A stretch of 64,000 bases of DNA from Calcarisporiella thermophila CBS 279.70 (GCF_041956535.1 NW_027192200.1:453477-517476); one strand, 5' to 3'; numbered from the stretch's first letter, positions 13,692 to 27,339 are shown. Numbers and translations: made by a program. The notes: generated by a model not told the origin, from the sequence alone.

Positions 13692-14840
13692 ATGAATGAA
13701 AGCTTGCATCGGATCCTAGTGATTGAAGCCTCCTATGCTGGATCCAGCGCCGCCCAAATCATCTAAAGGCAGTGTCGTGGGCTGAACGTGAAAGTCACCG
13801 TGGTAGACAAACGAGATGCAACTCTACATCTAATCGGTGCTTCACGCGCCCTCGTAGATGAGTCCTATGCTCATAAATTGTGGGTTCCCGTCAAATATCT
13901 ATTTGACGAATCGTCATCCACCTGGTCAACTCTCGCAACTAAAATCTCAAGATTTTCTTCCGGAGCCTTATCTCTAATCGAGGGACATTTCATTAAAAAT
14001 TAGGGAACTTTGAAGGTCCCTTCTTCTTTCAACGGTGGTGCGAAGCTTGATTTCTGGTCTCCTAATTGTCTGGTCAACTCTCCGTCATCGACTTTCATCA
14101 GGTTCGACAGGGAACTGTGAAGAAAATCCATCAAAACTATGCCGTCCTTGACAATGGGGAGGTGACAAGTTTTGATTATTTGGTAATAGCAACGGGAGCC
14201 TCCTATTCAGAGCCAATTGTAATTGAATCAAACAACCGAGAAGAAGCAGTCGCCAAGCTGTCTAGCTACTGGGAAGCATTGTGCAAAACGCGAATCGTTC
14301 TCATAATAGGTGGAGGCCCACTTGGAGTGGAGCTTGCAGTGGAAATTTTCTACACCTATCCCTCGAAGAAAGTTACCTTGGTCCACCCTCGAGAAAAACT
14401 TCTCTCGGATATTTATCCAAACAATATCAAGGCTTCTGCCGCCTCTCTGCTGCAAAATCATGGCGTTCATTTAGTTCTCGGTGACCGACTTGTGATGCCA
14501 GAGTCTTTACCACCTAGCGACGTTGTTCAAGAGAGAGTTTTCAGTACAGTCAAGGGAAAAGATATTCACGCCGATCTTCATGTAGGTGTATGCGAATACA
14601 CCGAAGAATAAGTGAGATTGTGGGTACCAAAATATAATACTCATTTCTGGCATATATTATTCTACGATCGTAGTACTTGTGTACAGGGGCAAAGATCGTC
14701 ACTGATTTTTTACCCACGTCTACCTTCGAGTCCAAAAAGCTATTGGATTCGAAGACCGGTGAAATCCAGGTTCGTAAAACGCTCCAAGTTGATCATCCTG
14801 AGTTAACTCACATATTTGCCGTCGGGATCATGCCATCTGA
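13692..14840 (+). pseudogene. AIF/AMID(FSP1)-like FAD/NADH oxidoreductase pseudogene
   Basis: RILVIEASYAG (degenerate GxGxxG) followed by a premature TAA; VTVVDKRD..RALV; FDYLVIATG; IIGGGPLGVELAVEI; HIFAVG. Interrupted at ~13920-14090 and truncated at the C-terminus. Confidence 0.8.
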
Positions 14841-15067
14841 TTAAAGTACAGTAGGTTGTCCTATTTCCTAGGTAACCAATATACTCACTACACAACCCAA
14901 GTCTCAAGCACTCAGTAGATTATAGTATTGATGATTCAAAGGAGACGCCTTGCTTTATCTCTACATTTATTGAATTTTAAATATAATATATATAAGAACA
15001 CGGAATTTTCCTCTGAAGGACTCAGCAGTTTTGGTTCTATTCTTAAACAACATTTTAACTTCAAGCA

Positions 15068-15270
15068 ATGCAAAAACTACCCTTTTTATTTTTCTGCTCT
15101 TGCACTTTGCTTGTATCTATGCAAACAGTACGGTTGATTTGACTTCGGAAGAGCTAAAAGCTTGCAAAGAAAGGAAAACTCAGGGTGATTTATGCTGCGA
15201 TTACCACGATTGTTCAATCTGTTTTGTATCACAACAATGCTGCTATAAACCAGGAGCTATTCATTTTTGA
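15068..15270 (+). pseudogene. Small Cys-rich secreted peptide, ATG out of frame by 1 nt (pseudogene or homopolymer error)
   Basis: KTTLFIFLLLHFACIYA is signal-like, followed by ...KACK..LCCDYHDCSICFVSQQCCYK. ATG 15068 joins this frame if the A5 run were A6. Confidence 0.4.
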
Positions 15271-15422
15271 AATAACATTCTGGAGGGAGACTTATCCTGT
15301 GCAATTCTAGAAGATCGGAGGCTCCTGGGCGAAAAAGAAAATGGTTTTTGTGACTGCTTTGTGGCACTCCATTCTGTTTACGGGGTTAATTCGAACGAAA
15401 TATATATGATTGCTTCTGCATT

Positions 15423-17280
15423 ATGTACGGAGAACCGGACCCAATCCTTTTACCTATACCCTTCACTTCATCACACAGCTACGCGCAAGCGTTAATCGAT
15501 TTTGCACAGCGCTATACACATCTTATCACCCCACATATAGTTGACTTCTTCACACTTCCTGAACGGTCATGGGAATTAATAGACTCTACTTGGAGAGAGG
15601 CACTCGAATCGGCATCCAATGATGATCTGCTGCGAATGGCAAGCCAGAGCGAGTGCAAGGTTTGTGAATGATGCAATTTATGATAGTGTTGGTATGAACT
15701 AACATTACCGAAGCGTTTAGGATGAATGGCCAGAGTCTCTTAAAGAATTTGTTAAAGAGGCAAAAATGCTTTCACTTCCTCGAGAGAAAAGATCGCAAGA
15801 AAAAGGTGAAATATAACTTTGAATTCTAATTGGAAGATTAACTAACTTCACTGTATATTGATGAAGATATCTTGAAAATTTCGGATTCGATAGCTGACTT
15901 TAATCCTCTATGTCTCCACGGAATGACTTCGAAGAAACTCCACGAGGTGATGTTCCACATTGTTACATAAATTTTATGACAGTAGGCATAACCATTCTTT
16001 GCTTTTATTTATAAAGGTTGAAATAATGAGTGAATTGATTGCGAAAATAGCCAAAGAGCAAGGCATTCGAAAGGTGATCGACTTGGGTGCGGGACAGGTT
16101 AGACATTTTGCCTATCATGAACAATGGAGATGGCTTGCTAATCACTCTGTGAGTAGGGATATCTAAGCCGATTCTTAGCTCTCCGTGGCCTAGACGTCCT
16201 TGCGGTAGATGCCTGCGAGGTGCAAACGTGCGGTGCTCAAAAGTTTCAAGCTCGGCTCTCCAAGACGTTAAAGGGAAAATCTCCACCCGCCTCCGCTTCT
16301 TCCACCCCAACAATCGAGGAAGAGGAAGCACTGTTGGCAGAATTCGCAGCAGGGCGACTGCGGCATATTACTTGGAAAGTGACTCCCCAAACAGCCCCGG
16401 ACCTCCTACAAGAAATGCAGTGCGGTGACGATAAAGCAGAAGAAGGATGGTTGGTCTGTGGGCTTCATGCGTGCGGGGACCTAACTCCACTGATGCTACG
16501 TCTCTTCACGCAACAGAGCGAGATTCGCTGCGTGGTGAATGTTGGTTGCTGCTACCACTTTCTGACCGAAAAGTTCGAAACGAAAAAACCGGGAGAGGAT
16601 GTAAGCAGGGGGACTGATTGTTTTCCGATGAGCGAACATCTGAAGAGCGCCCGGGTGACCCTTGGTAGACAGGCACGGATGTTGAGTTGCCAAACCCCTT
16701 GGAGATGGATTTCCCAGCGAGACGAGACCCTTGAATCATTTAAACACCATTTTTATCGAGCACTTTTACAGGTAATAATAAACTACCCGATTTTAAACAT
16801 GCTCCCAGACAAGTAGCTCATCATCCCACTCGCCTATTTATATTCCAGTATATCATGGTTGAAAAGGGGCTATGCACACCGGGTGAAGCCCCAACCATAG
16901 GCCGCCTGCGACCGCGCCATTTTCGCAATTTCAGGTCCTATTGTGAGGCTTCGTTACGTCGTCTCAGAAGCAGATCCCTTACCACGACACCTACTCTAGA
17001 ACAAGCGGACGAGGACATTGATGAAGGGGGACTTGCCTGGAAAGCGGGGGAAGAGCTTCTGCACGATTGTGAAAAATACCATGAGCGCTTCCATCCGTGG
17101 GGCCTGCGCCGCGTCACGGTGTTCTGGGCCCTGCGGTCGATCCTAGGACCGGTCCTTGAGAGTCTTATTCTTCTAGATCGGATGCTGTATCTTCAAGAGC
17201 AGGGCGTCCAAGCGCAGATGTGGCCCTTATTCGATAGGGTGATAAGCCCGAGGAACTTTGTGGTGGTGGGGATCAAATAA
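15423..17280 (+). CDS. METTL25: Methyltransferase-like 25 / RRNAD1 family (Methyltransf_32)
   Basis: HIVDFFT, GMTSKKLHEV, VIDLGAGQGYLS, GLHACGDLT, VGCCYH, LESLILLDRMLYLQE, LFDRVISPRN. Confidence 0.85.
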
Positions 17281-17717
17281 TACAATATACTTTTTTTATT
17301 ATTTGAATTGGCTCTCTTCTCCGTCTAACTACACTGGCAGCCCCGAAGAGGAAAACCAAAACAATAATTAGGTTGGAAATTTCTAGCCTACTAGCCAATC
17401 ACTCAAAGATAAAAGAAAAAAAACCAAACAAGGATACATAGTCGAAGTAAAAAGAGGAAAAAAGAAGAGATGGTTAAAAGGGGGGTGTGGTGACTTTAGG
17501 AAGAAGGGTGAAGCGTAAATAAGGCGAAGCAAAGATCAGGGGGAAGAAGAGAGTAGAAAGAAAATATAAAAAAGAGGAAAAGAGGTGCAAATAAGAGAAA
17601 AATTTTTTTAAGAAATAAAAATGTTTTCCAAATGCTTTATCGGGATTTTTTTTTTTGGAGTTGTATATTTTAAGATTTATATATGTTTTATAACAACGAA
17701 TTCAAGTCGTATAATCA

Positions 17718-20450
17718 TTAGCCATACTTGATCTCCACATCGCCTTCCGCTGGAGCGTCCAAGTCCACGTACGATTGGATTTGTCGAGGGTCCGAGCGAG
17801 CGCCACCCGGAGGCGGTGGCAATGACTCCTGCGACGCGCGTAGCCCGCCTCGGCCCGACAGTCTCTGATACGGATGGTAGCGCCCGCCGCCTAATCCTCT
17901 GTGATGGGATAGCATTGGTATAGGGCCAAATCCTCCAGCGCCCCTTACGCCCCCAGCAGCACCGGGTGGCTGGGGAGGCCAGCCTGCTTCGCCGGGAGCA
18001 GGGAAGGCGGGGAATCCGATCCGTGGGATGCCCTCGAACGGCATGAAGGCTATTCCAGTCGGAGGGAGACCCCCTGGAGCCGCACCATTGGGTATTGCAA
18101 ACTCCATTCCGGGAGGGATCATTCCTGGCGGGAACATTGGAGGGAAGAATGGAATAGGAGGAGCGGTGCCGGTTGGCTGGGTCATATGGCCGGGGTCCCG
18201 GATGAAATTGTTGAGAAAATCGATCGAATCCTCGTGCTCCTTGACCTTCTCGGCATGCTTCAGATTGAGATGTTTGCGCACGAATTCTGGCCCACGGAAC
18301 GGCTTATTGCAGATCTTGCAGCGGAACTTGCCTTGTTCCCGGTCATCAATATTCTCGGTAAGGAAGCGATCCATTTCCCTTTAGAGTAAAAAAAAAAAAA
18401 GGGGGGGGGGGTAAAGATAAGCTCTTTGTGTGCATGTTTAAAAATTTAGCCATAAAGGGACCACGTACTTTTCTTTGTTCTTGCCTCCATATTTCTCCAA
18501 GTCCAAATCTTTTGGATCCTTGAGCAACAGGTCGAGTTTAAGGTCCAGATTCTTTGCCCATTGTGCGGCTACATTCCACCGAGGAGAGGGTTGAAGTGAA
18601 TCCATGCCAAATTTAGATAAAGAGGGGCAACTTACTATTTTGCTGCTTCCCGGTGTTGGAGGAGCTTCCGGGGGGAACGCGGTAATGCCTTGGACATTTG
18701 CGACGGAACTCTTCGACAGAATCTGCATCGAATGCGTCATAATAACAGAATAAATGGACTTGCCTCATATAATTTAAGAACATGTCCAGTTTAATTTTAA
18801 TCTGTGCCAAATAGAATAAGAGAGAGCGATTAGTCAACGAGTCGCCTCGACCTTCCCCGGATGGTAATCCAACACTCACTCTAGCCATTTCCGTCTCTTC
18901 CTCGGCCCTACTAAGACCCTCTTCTCCCTCCTCTCCCTCTCTCGATTCCGGTCTGGGCTTTCGCTCTAAAATGTGTGCAACTCGTTCCCTGACCAGCTCG
19001 GTGCCCTTGATCTCTTCGCCAAGTTGCCGGTCAAGCACTTGGGCCAGCTGCTCCGCCTGCTCGCAGTCATGTCTTAGGCGCTCAAGCGTACACGTAATGT
19101 CGGGAGCTACGCGGGGCCGCAACACGGAGGGCGCAGTTGGTATTGCGACGTGGAGCTGGAAATCATCAATCTAACGCAAACATGGGAGGGGGAGAGGTTA
19201 GTGAAGGGGAATAATGACCGCCGTACAAAGAACCACCTTTTGGCCATCAATCTCGGACACGGCCTTCTTCAGATCAGTGCCCTCCTTGAATTGTATCCAC
19301 CCGATGCGATGGAACTTCTTGGTGAACATGGGTTCTGATAACGCCACGCCCTCAAAGCCCTCCACCTTTTTGCATAGCTAAACGAGTGAAAGAGACGTCA
19401 GAGCTATTCGAGCTATACCACGACGGAAAAACCACACCAAATACCTCGATGAGTTTATTTTTCTCTACATTTGGAGACACCGATTTGATCACAAGATGGT
19501 TTTTCAATGGATTTACATCGGGTTTCTTTTCGCCTGAGCTCGCTTCTGTGGCTGCGTCTACACCTTCTTCTGCAGTACCCTCGCCCTTGGCCTCTTCCTC
19601 TCCTTCTTCTTTTGTGTCCTGTTTATCCTCGCCCTCTTTCCGTGCCTCACCTCCTTCAGGTTTAGTCTCCGTCCCGGGCTGATCAAAACAAACCTCATCA
19701 TGCTCGCCCTGCATCAACTCTTCCACAAATCTTGTGTAGAGCCGTTTTCGGAGGGCACGTACCTCCTCTAAGCGCTGCACGCATACGCCTGGAGCGTACT
19801 TCTCCCGAAACCAAGCCTCCTCTTTGTGCTCTTCAAAGAAACGCACGGCCTGGCGAGCAGCGTAGTCTTCCTTATAATCGCCGTAGCGTTGTCGTAGATC
19901 ATCTTCTTCAAATGAACGCGAAGGATTTTCCGCACGCAGATATTCGCAAAACTGCTTGAAGCTAACGAGGTAGTCGAGTTTGTATGGGTCAGGGTGACCG
20001 GATCGATTACGTGAAAACGAGGATTGGCCAGAGGAGGTGCTCTCTCTTGATCCGAATTCGGGGCGATTGCCATACCGAGGAGCAGGTGAATAACCATCTC
20101 GCTCATAATTGGGAATATAATGATCGCCATCACTGGGTGGGGCTCCCCGCCTTGGAGACACGGAACGACGGTACTTGTGCCGTCGATCTGTTGTCAGAGA
20201 AAGAAGAAAATAAAACGACCATCAATTTAGTACAGGGTGGAGCAAAAATTTGCCGAAAATGCTTCTACTGACCACGCTCATCTGGTGAAAGACTGCGATC
20301 ACGTTTGGAAGCAGGTCCCTCATAATGCCGATCTTCATCGCGCCTCTCAAATCTATCACTTCGACGACCTCCCCGTTCGCGCTCACGCTCCCTACGGAAA
20401 CGATCACGAGAGCCTGATTCCTCGTCGGAAGGGTAACGATCGTCGAGCAT
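17718..20450 (-). CDS. SRRT: Serrate/Ars2 RNA effector, multi-exon (start uncertain)
   Basis: SFKQF..Y..YK....FFEEHKEEAWFREKY (DUF3546), RRM-like segment, YMRQVHLFCYY, C2H2 finger CKICNKPFRGPEFVRKHLNLKH, and C-terminal DPRQIQSYVDLDAP. Confidence 0.92.
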
Positions 20451-21386
20451 CAAAGATCAGTAAGCAAATTTCCAGAAGGAAAATCTAAAAGAAATAGAAA
20501 GATAAGAGTTAAGATCGCGCGGAAATTATTCGAATAGATAACAAAATAAAAGTCATTAAAAATAGAAGAAAAGCTAAGGAAGAAAAACAAAAGAATATAA
20601 TTCCCAATGAAAGCACCTCAAATGTAAATGGATCGTGATGTTAATAAGAAAGGGAGGAGAGGAGGCTATGAAGACTACGACAAATCAAAGAGGAAAAAGG
20701 AGAGAAAAGAGAAAGGGAGGATCGATCGGGGGTGAATGTGAAAAATATGGGACCAAGGGAAATAGGAGTGAGAGTCAAGATTGTTCGTAAACAAAGACAC
20801 GTAAAATATCCTTGGATCTAAAGATCATTACAGAGATGTGAGATCATGATCACTTTTATCCTCTTCACTCATAACAGCATCCTCTTCCCCGGCTATATTT
20901 GTGTGACATATATGCAAGGAAGCCGCGAAAAAGAGGGGGAGAGCAGGGAGGGGAAAGGGGATCAAAAGGGAAATAACATAAAGCGCTAATTCAATCAAGA
21001 ATCAAAGAAAAACTCACCCAAAAAAAATAAAAAATAAAAAACTATAAAGAGAGACAGGAAGATGCTTTCTTGTCTGAGGAAAGAAAGAGTCCATGATCAC
21101 TCTTCTCTTGACTTTTGGGAGAAGTGGTGACGTCGACAAATTCATTTGAGGAGAATATTATAGTTTTCGGATACGGTCTTGGATTTTTTTAATTCAAGGG
21201 GGGAGAGGGAGGGAGGGGATATTAACCTAGGTAATATTCATTAATATTAGGAGGACAATCATCATTAAGAGAACTAGAGAAAGGGTATAAATAAAATATG
21301 CAGAAAGAATAGAGATAGTAGAGACATCAGAGTAGAGCGGGTATTTCATATGTACAGAATCGATAGAAAAAGTAGACTTCTAGCCT

Positions 21387-23441
21387 TTAATAATAGGGTG
21401 AAGCTGAGCGTGGAGAGAGGGGTTTATAAAACATGGGTGCGCTTGGGAGGGTGGGCGAAGCCTGCATCGAGCTTGTTGGAGTCAATATAGGGGAGAGATA
21501 CGGTCGATAGCGGTGGGAGGATTTACGAGAACTGGGCTCGTTGTCGTGGAAACCTAGTTCTTTTGTTGCCGAGTCGCGATAATGCGGCGACACGGGCGGC
21601 TCTTTTGAATGGTGGCCCGGTTGGTGAGTACGAAGGGGCGATTCGTAAGCGGGCTGCGTCTGAGAAGCCAAGGCCGCTGCTGCGGCTTTTCCAGCTCGGG
21701 CGATGGATCGAGAGTACCGAAGACCGCATGCGTTGCACAACCTATTATAGACCGAGATTCGTGTATTTGGTCAACCCCATTGTGGCTAAGTGTATTGAAA
21801 AGAGGCTACTCACGTTTTATGTCCAGTCGGCCCGCGTCTCCATTCGGGACTCGCGCTTGTACCACAGCTTTCACAAAATTTCGATTTTGAGGGCGGAGCA
21901 GACTTGCTCGACCGATGAGAGGGAGGTTGGAACTCGAGTGTAAAACGAGGATCCGAGGGAGGGGGGAACCCAGCTGAGGACGGCTGCTTTATTCTTGGCT
22001 TCGCCTCTGAGTAAACCGTTCCCATTGAGGAATGGGCTGCGACGGTTTGATCCGTGCGGGTAAAAAGTGGCAGTGTGGAAACGGGGGAGATGCGGCGAGC
22101 ATAGGGTATGATGGGATTAGCTGGCGAAGACTTCTGGGATGGAATCGGAGATCCAGGCGACGGCTCCACAAGTTGGCTGGCTTTTGCACCGGTGGATTGG
22201 CCATCTCTCGGATAGAAGGCATGGACGGTGTCTCGCGACGACAAGGTAGAGATGGGAGGAAGGCTTGGGGCAGGGGAAGGGTTGATCCGTGGGTGGGCTT
22301 GGTGAGCCAAACTCGGGATTTTAGTTGCTAGCTTGGTCGAAGCCGATACCAAGAAACTGGCAAAGGTCAGGACCCCATATCGGACTGCCATGCCCTCAAT
22401 GACCCTCGTGGTGCCTTGAGGGAAGGTTAGAGATTGCCGAGCGGTATAACGCTTCATACATGGCGCCTGATACTCTTCATAGGCTCGATTCGTGCTGAAA
22501 GCCGAGGGAGAAGATATCTCTTTGGCGAGTCTGGTCAAATCCTCTGGCCAACACTCGACGGCTACAGGAGCGTTGGTACGATGGAAGGAGGAGGTCTTTT
22601 GGACGGGCGGCCAGCAAAGTAGCTTCTCGCCCGATTCGGAGAGTATCTGGAAGATTTGAATCTTGTCGGTCACAAGCAGTGCATTGTTTGCCTCAAGCAG
22701 CAGGGGAGCTATTTGCCTGCCGCTGTTGAGCTGTGCGCGTTCCAGAGATTCTACGATGTGGGTGATCTCCTAGATGAAAAGAGAGTGAATGGTTTGGCTG
22801 GACGCCTAGGGAACACATTTAGCCTACTCTTGGAAAAAACTCGGCCTCCCCGCAGCTGAAAGAAGAGGGATATGACGCCCCGGCTGTTGTTTTTGAAAGT
22901 TTGTGTGGAAAGAGAGAGATGAAGAGATAAGGATCAGAATCGAATCGGATGGAGAATGGACGAACATCCGCACGACTTACCTATGTGGAAAAACATCAAA
23001 GTCACCTGGTCGCACACCGTGTACTTGGCCACATCCATGACGGTCCACTCGCAAGGCCTTGCCTCCGACAAGGGCTCCTTGAAGAAGTTTCGTAGCCGGC
23101 ATCTGGGAGCGAAGAAGATCAAGGTTATGGTGAGAAGCATTATCACTAGGAGGGGGAAGGGGGGATGTCAGAACACTTAATCACCTTGTCAGCGACCCAG
23201 ACAGGCTCTGGCCGCTCTTGGTCATGTCCGCCTTTGCGAACTGCACCTCGTCGGGATGTACGAACTCGAAAAATGAGTGGCCCATGAGCTGGATGGAGTA
23301 GCGCTGGAGCGACGGGCAGAGATAGGCAAAGGTCAGATCATCGCCCGCCGACGAAAACAAGGCCCAGAAGCATCGAAGATAGGCCGCCCTGAATTCCATG
23401 AAGTCCACGGAGCTGGGGCCAGGGCCGAGAGGTGGTTGCAT
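21387..23441 (-). CDS. PAS-domain GATA zinc-finger transcription factor (WC-2-like architecture)
   Basis: CESCGTSASPEWRRGPTGHKT|LCNACGLRY (C-x2-C-x18-C-x2-C split by an intron); N-terminal PAS-like GHSFFEFVHPDE. Confidence 0.85.
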
Positions 23442-25352
23442 AGCGTGGCTATTCGAAGGCAGAGGCAACGCAAGCGGAGGGGAGAGGGAGGGAACGAGTG
23501 GGGCTGAGACTCCCTGGCGGTGGGTGTGCGTCGACGGAGGAAGGCTTGGCAGAACGGCTGGTGCCAAATGGGGAGATGCCAATGACAGCAATGAAGGGAT
23601 GGCGAAGAATTAGGCTGCGAGGGCTCGAGGAATGAGCTTGCGCAATGAGCTGTGAGGGCTGCCGAACAAGGTAACGAAAGCCGAGGAGCACCAGCGGAAG
23701 CGCGGCGAAATAGGGTGTAGAGAGAGAAAGCGGCAGGGAGAGAGAGAGCAGGAGCCGACAGGGCGATTATGAACGAAGATTAAGGTTCTGGTTACCATTT
23801 TCTTATTTTTAATCCGCGCGAAGTCTGTGCGGCTGGTGGATTCCACTGGTAGAGAGGTTGCACCCATCCAACCTTGAAAATTGTAGTCAGAGTTCCTAAA
23901 CTAGGCATTCCGGCTCCGCTCGGCACCACTTGGCCGCTGGGCTCTGAAATCGAGCCGCTGCATACTCCCCGAATTGCCCCTTGCCTAGCTCTCGCTGGGC
24001 CGGAGAAGGCGGGCTGGAGCCTGGAGGCCTCCGCCGGACATGATCTTCTCGCTCGCCCCAGGAAATGCCGCCGGTTGAAATCCCGCCGCTAGGAATTGTA
24101 GTATAAGGAATAGGGGGATTTGGAGAACCTTACACCAGGTCACAAAACAATGATGCGATTGGGAAACGTGCCATTGGGGGCAGTGATCGAGACCAGTTAC
24201 AGAGCGCTCTCCATTTTCCTTGTGCGCGATCGCATCCGAGGAACAGCCAAAAGTGATCGAAACCGTATGGTAAGAGATTTGGAAAGCCCCCCCACGCCCT
24301 AAACCATAATTCGGCGAATAATCGGGACCCGCAAACGTAAGTTGCAAACTGTAGAGCCCGGTCTTCATTACGAGAGAGGGGAGAGGAGAGCGACGGAGGT
24401 CGCGGCCGAGACTGTGACCGGCCCTCGTCTCGACTCTTTCCACTGCAAACTGAACAGCCCGCGGCCGCGTTTCCTCCCCGTGCTCGTTTCCGCCCGATCC
24501 TTTCCCCTCCTGCTTCCCCCTGCAATGAGCACAAGTCTGACAAGGCCCCCCGGCCTCTCGTCTCAAGTATTTCTCCGATTGCACAGTTACATCGGACCCG
24601 GCCACAGCTGCATTGCCATTTTCTCCACGCTCGTCCAACTCAGGGGTATACAGGAGAAAAGATCAGAAGACACTGAAATGCCTCGGCTGTGCCGATTCGC
24701 AAATAAGGTTCTGCTAGATCAGAATTAAACCCTCTTGGTCGCAGCACACGTGCTCGCCAGAAATCACGTTCTCTCGAGCTAGGGCTGTTATGTTTGACGT
24801 TACTCTGCGAGCTCCTCCCCTCCCCTCCCCCCCCCCCCCCTCCCATTCTCTGGTGCTCCTGACCAGCGCCCTCGCCCGATTTTCTCCCACACCCCTCCCC
24901 GCATCGTGGGCCATGTGGCCGGATTATTATGGGGAGGCGTGAATGGTTGCATTTGGGGACGGGATTATCTAGCTGATTATCTAACCCGCCGCTTCCAACT
25001 CAGGAGAGATTTGGAGATTGAACTCTGTCTGGCCCGTTTCTCACGGGTCGGGTCGGCCCAAAACACATGAATCGCTGCACCCCTCCCCTCACCCCCTCCA
25101 GCTTAGCCTCAGAGTGCACAGCACGCTGCTCGAGTGCATGCCAAAAACCCATTCACGGATTTAGGGTTTATTTAGTTTCCCCGGTCCTTACGTGGACCTG
25201 TTGCAGGTGGGATGATTCATCAAATAAAAACAAAGTCAACACGATTCCCAATATATATGCGTATATATATAGATACTTGTTTTGAAGGGATAATCCATTT
25301 ACATAGAAAAAACAAATAGGTTCAAAGCGAAAAGAGAGAAGAGACTCGGCTC

Positions 25353-26684
25353 TCATGAAATGATTATCTGGTCCTTCTCCGGTCGCATGGACACATATTG
25401 AACCGCGGGCGATGCAACATCGCCTCCGTTGCCTCTGCCCGGCCCATGGTTCAAACCGTGGTCTAGCTGCGGTATGGGAGGCACAGGCGGGATTGAATAG
25501 GGCGGAAGGTGCTGCTCATCGGTGCCGCCGTAGGGATCATCGGGCTCCTCTCCGCCACTGCCGCCACCCCTTGTGCCGTACTCGTGGAGAACGTCAAATT
25601 CCGGCGAAGCGGGACGCTCGTAACCTATCGCGGTATAATTCTCGCCCGGCATGAACTTGACCGAGGGCAGTGCGGGTATGCCGGGAGGGGGCTGCTGAGC
25701 GAAGGGAGAACCATGCGGAGGCGGCGAACGAGGGTGCTGAGAAAACGCTGGTTTCAGCATCGGGGGCTGGGGAGGAGGCATGGCGGGAGGGGGAGGCGGA
25801 TGATATAAGGATGGGGGGAACAGGGGAGAGGCTTGGTGAATGGGAGGCAGCTTGGGGGGATACATCTTTTGTCCGGGCGGCGTGGCCGGCGCCGACGAGT
25901 AGATCAGATGGGAGTCATGAGGAGGGCTGGTGGGACCCATCGGGCCTGGAGGAGGCGGATGGCAATCCTCTAGGTCCTCTACCCATTGCTCTCGAACACT
26001 ATGCCGCATCTTTTTCCGAATCAAAAATCCCGCCACCGCAAGCACCAGTAGCGACCCGGCCACGCCGCCAATGATGGGCCATGGAGATGGCCCTGGCGCG
26101 GGCTTCTGCGGAGGGATCACGGTGGGGGAGGCCACCAGGGAATTGAGGGATGCTTGGGAGTTATAGGGGGGAGTGATGGAGTTTGGGGGGAATGCGAGGG
26201 TGGGCGTGGGGCCAATGGCATGTTCGTGAGGAGGCAAGGGGAGCGACTCTCTTGCAGCATGGGGAGGTGCGTTGGGGATCGCCCTCAGCTTCTCCTTTTC
26301 CTTGTTCTTGACCCCATGATTCTTCTCCTCTCGGTGCTCTCCGGCCCCACCCCGGCCCTTATTTTTGTTCTCGTCGTAGCCTTCGTCCCGGACAGCCTGC
26401 CTCTCCCCGCCTCGATTGTTTGCTTTCTCGATATGCTTGTACACCTTTTCAAAGAGGTCCCTGCTCCCCTTCCGATGCTTATGCCCCCAGAGGAAGAGCA
26501 CCCTATTGCGACAGCCTTGGCATAGCTCCGCTTGAAAGGGGCTCTCCAACATTCGCCTTTTCACAATCCTCATCTTGCGCAATGCAGGATGCTCAATGAT
26601 GGAATGAGTGGACGGGTGAAAACAAAATGAAGGAACCAGCGAAAGAAATATCAATGCTAACAATGTTGCGTGTATGTCATGCAA
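25353..26684 (-). CDS. Pro-rich single-pass membrane protein (start uncertain; first ATG at 26573)
   Basis: 443-codon ORF with one TM helix (IIGGVAGSLLVLAVAGFLI-RKK) and a Pro-rich cytoplasmic tail containing PPY. Confidence 0.55.
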   Translation of the reverse strand: MHDIHATLLALIFLSLVPSFCFHPSTHSIIEHPALRKMRIVKRRMLESPFQAELCQGCRNRVLFLWGHKHRKGSRDLFEKVYKHIEKANNRGGERQAVRDEGYDENKNKGRGGAGEHREEKNHGVKNKEKEKLRAIPNAPPHAARESLPLPPHEHAIGPTPTLAFPPNSITPPYNSQASLNSLVASPTVIPPQKPAPGPSPWPIIGGVAGSLLVLAVAGFLIRKKMRHSVREQWVEDLEDCHPPPPGPMGPTSPPHDSHLIYSSAPATPPGQKMYPPKLPPIHQASPLFPPSLYHPPPPPAMPPPQPPMLKPAFSQHPRSPPPHGSPFAQQPPPGIPALPSVKFMPGENYTAIGYERPASPEFDVLHEYGTRGGGSGGEEPDDPYGGTDEQHLPPYSIPPVPPIPQLDHGLNHGPGRGNGGDVASPAVQYVSMRPEKDQIIIS

Positions 26685-27339
26685 TATGGAACGGTGACAT
26701 GGACACTCTTAATGACGGGGGTGAGAAAGATGGGGTGAAGTGTGAGTAGAGCAGGAATATATGGTTTATCTTCCCCCCCTTTTTTTATTTTTTTAAAAAA
26801 GGCGAAGAACTGAATGTTGTGTAAGCGAGTCGCGACTTAAAGTCTCATTGTTGAAGATTATTTGCTATATTTGCACATTATTGCCACCATTTCGATTTTT
26901 AGCCTTTATTAGAATTTTCCCATTAATCCTCCATTGTCCTTTCAGAATGAGCCTCAACCACGATAAGCCCAAGACAATACTCAACAAATTAAAAATATAT
27001 CGAAGCGTACCTAACCCTTCGCCTATCGCCTCCAATAATACAAGCTCCTATCAATGGCGAGGGAGGCTCCCCCCTCTCCCCCTTTTTTTTTTGGCTTCTC
27101 CCCATTCTATTCTCGAAAAAATTCCATGCCCTAAGGGAAAAAGGTAAATACATTTGAAAAATGTGGGTATACGTCATCACATCTGCCCAATGGAAAGGGT
27201 TTTTATTAAAAAGAATGGGGCAGCGAATATTCCGTTATAACCTACATCCATTTTTAAATTGGCCCATAATCTTTGACAAGAAATACGAATTCATCGGATT
27301 ACGCCGTCAAATCAATAACTTATTCCTGTACTTTTGAAA

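Noticed and set aside
23985-24728. ORFs of 128-217 codons in the GC-rich interval
   Set aside because: No recognisable domain, overlapping on both strands; expected by chance at this GC content.
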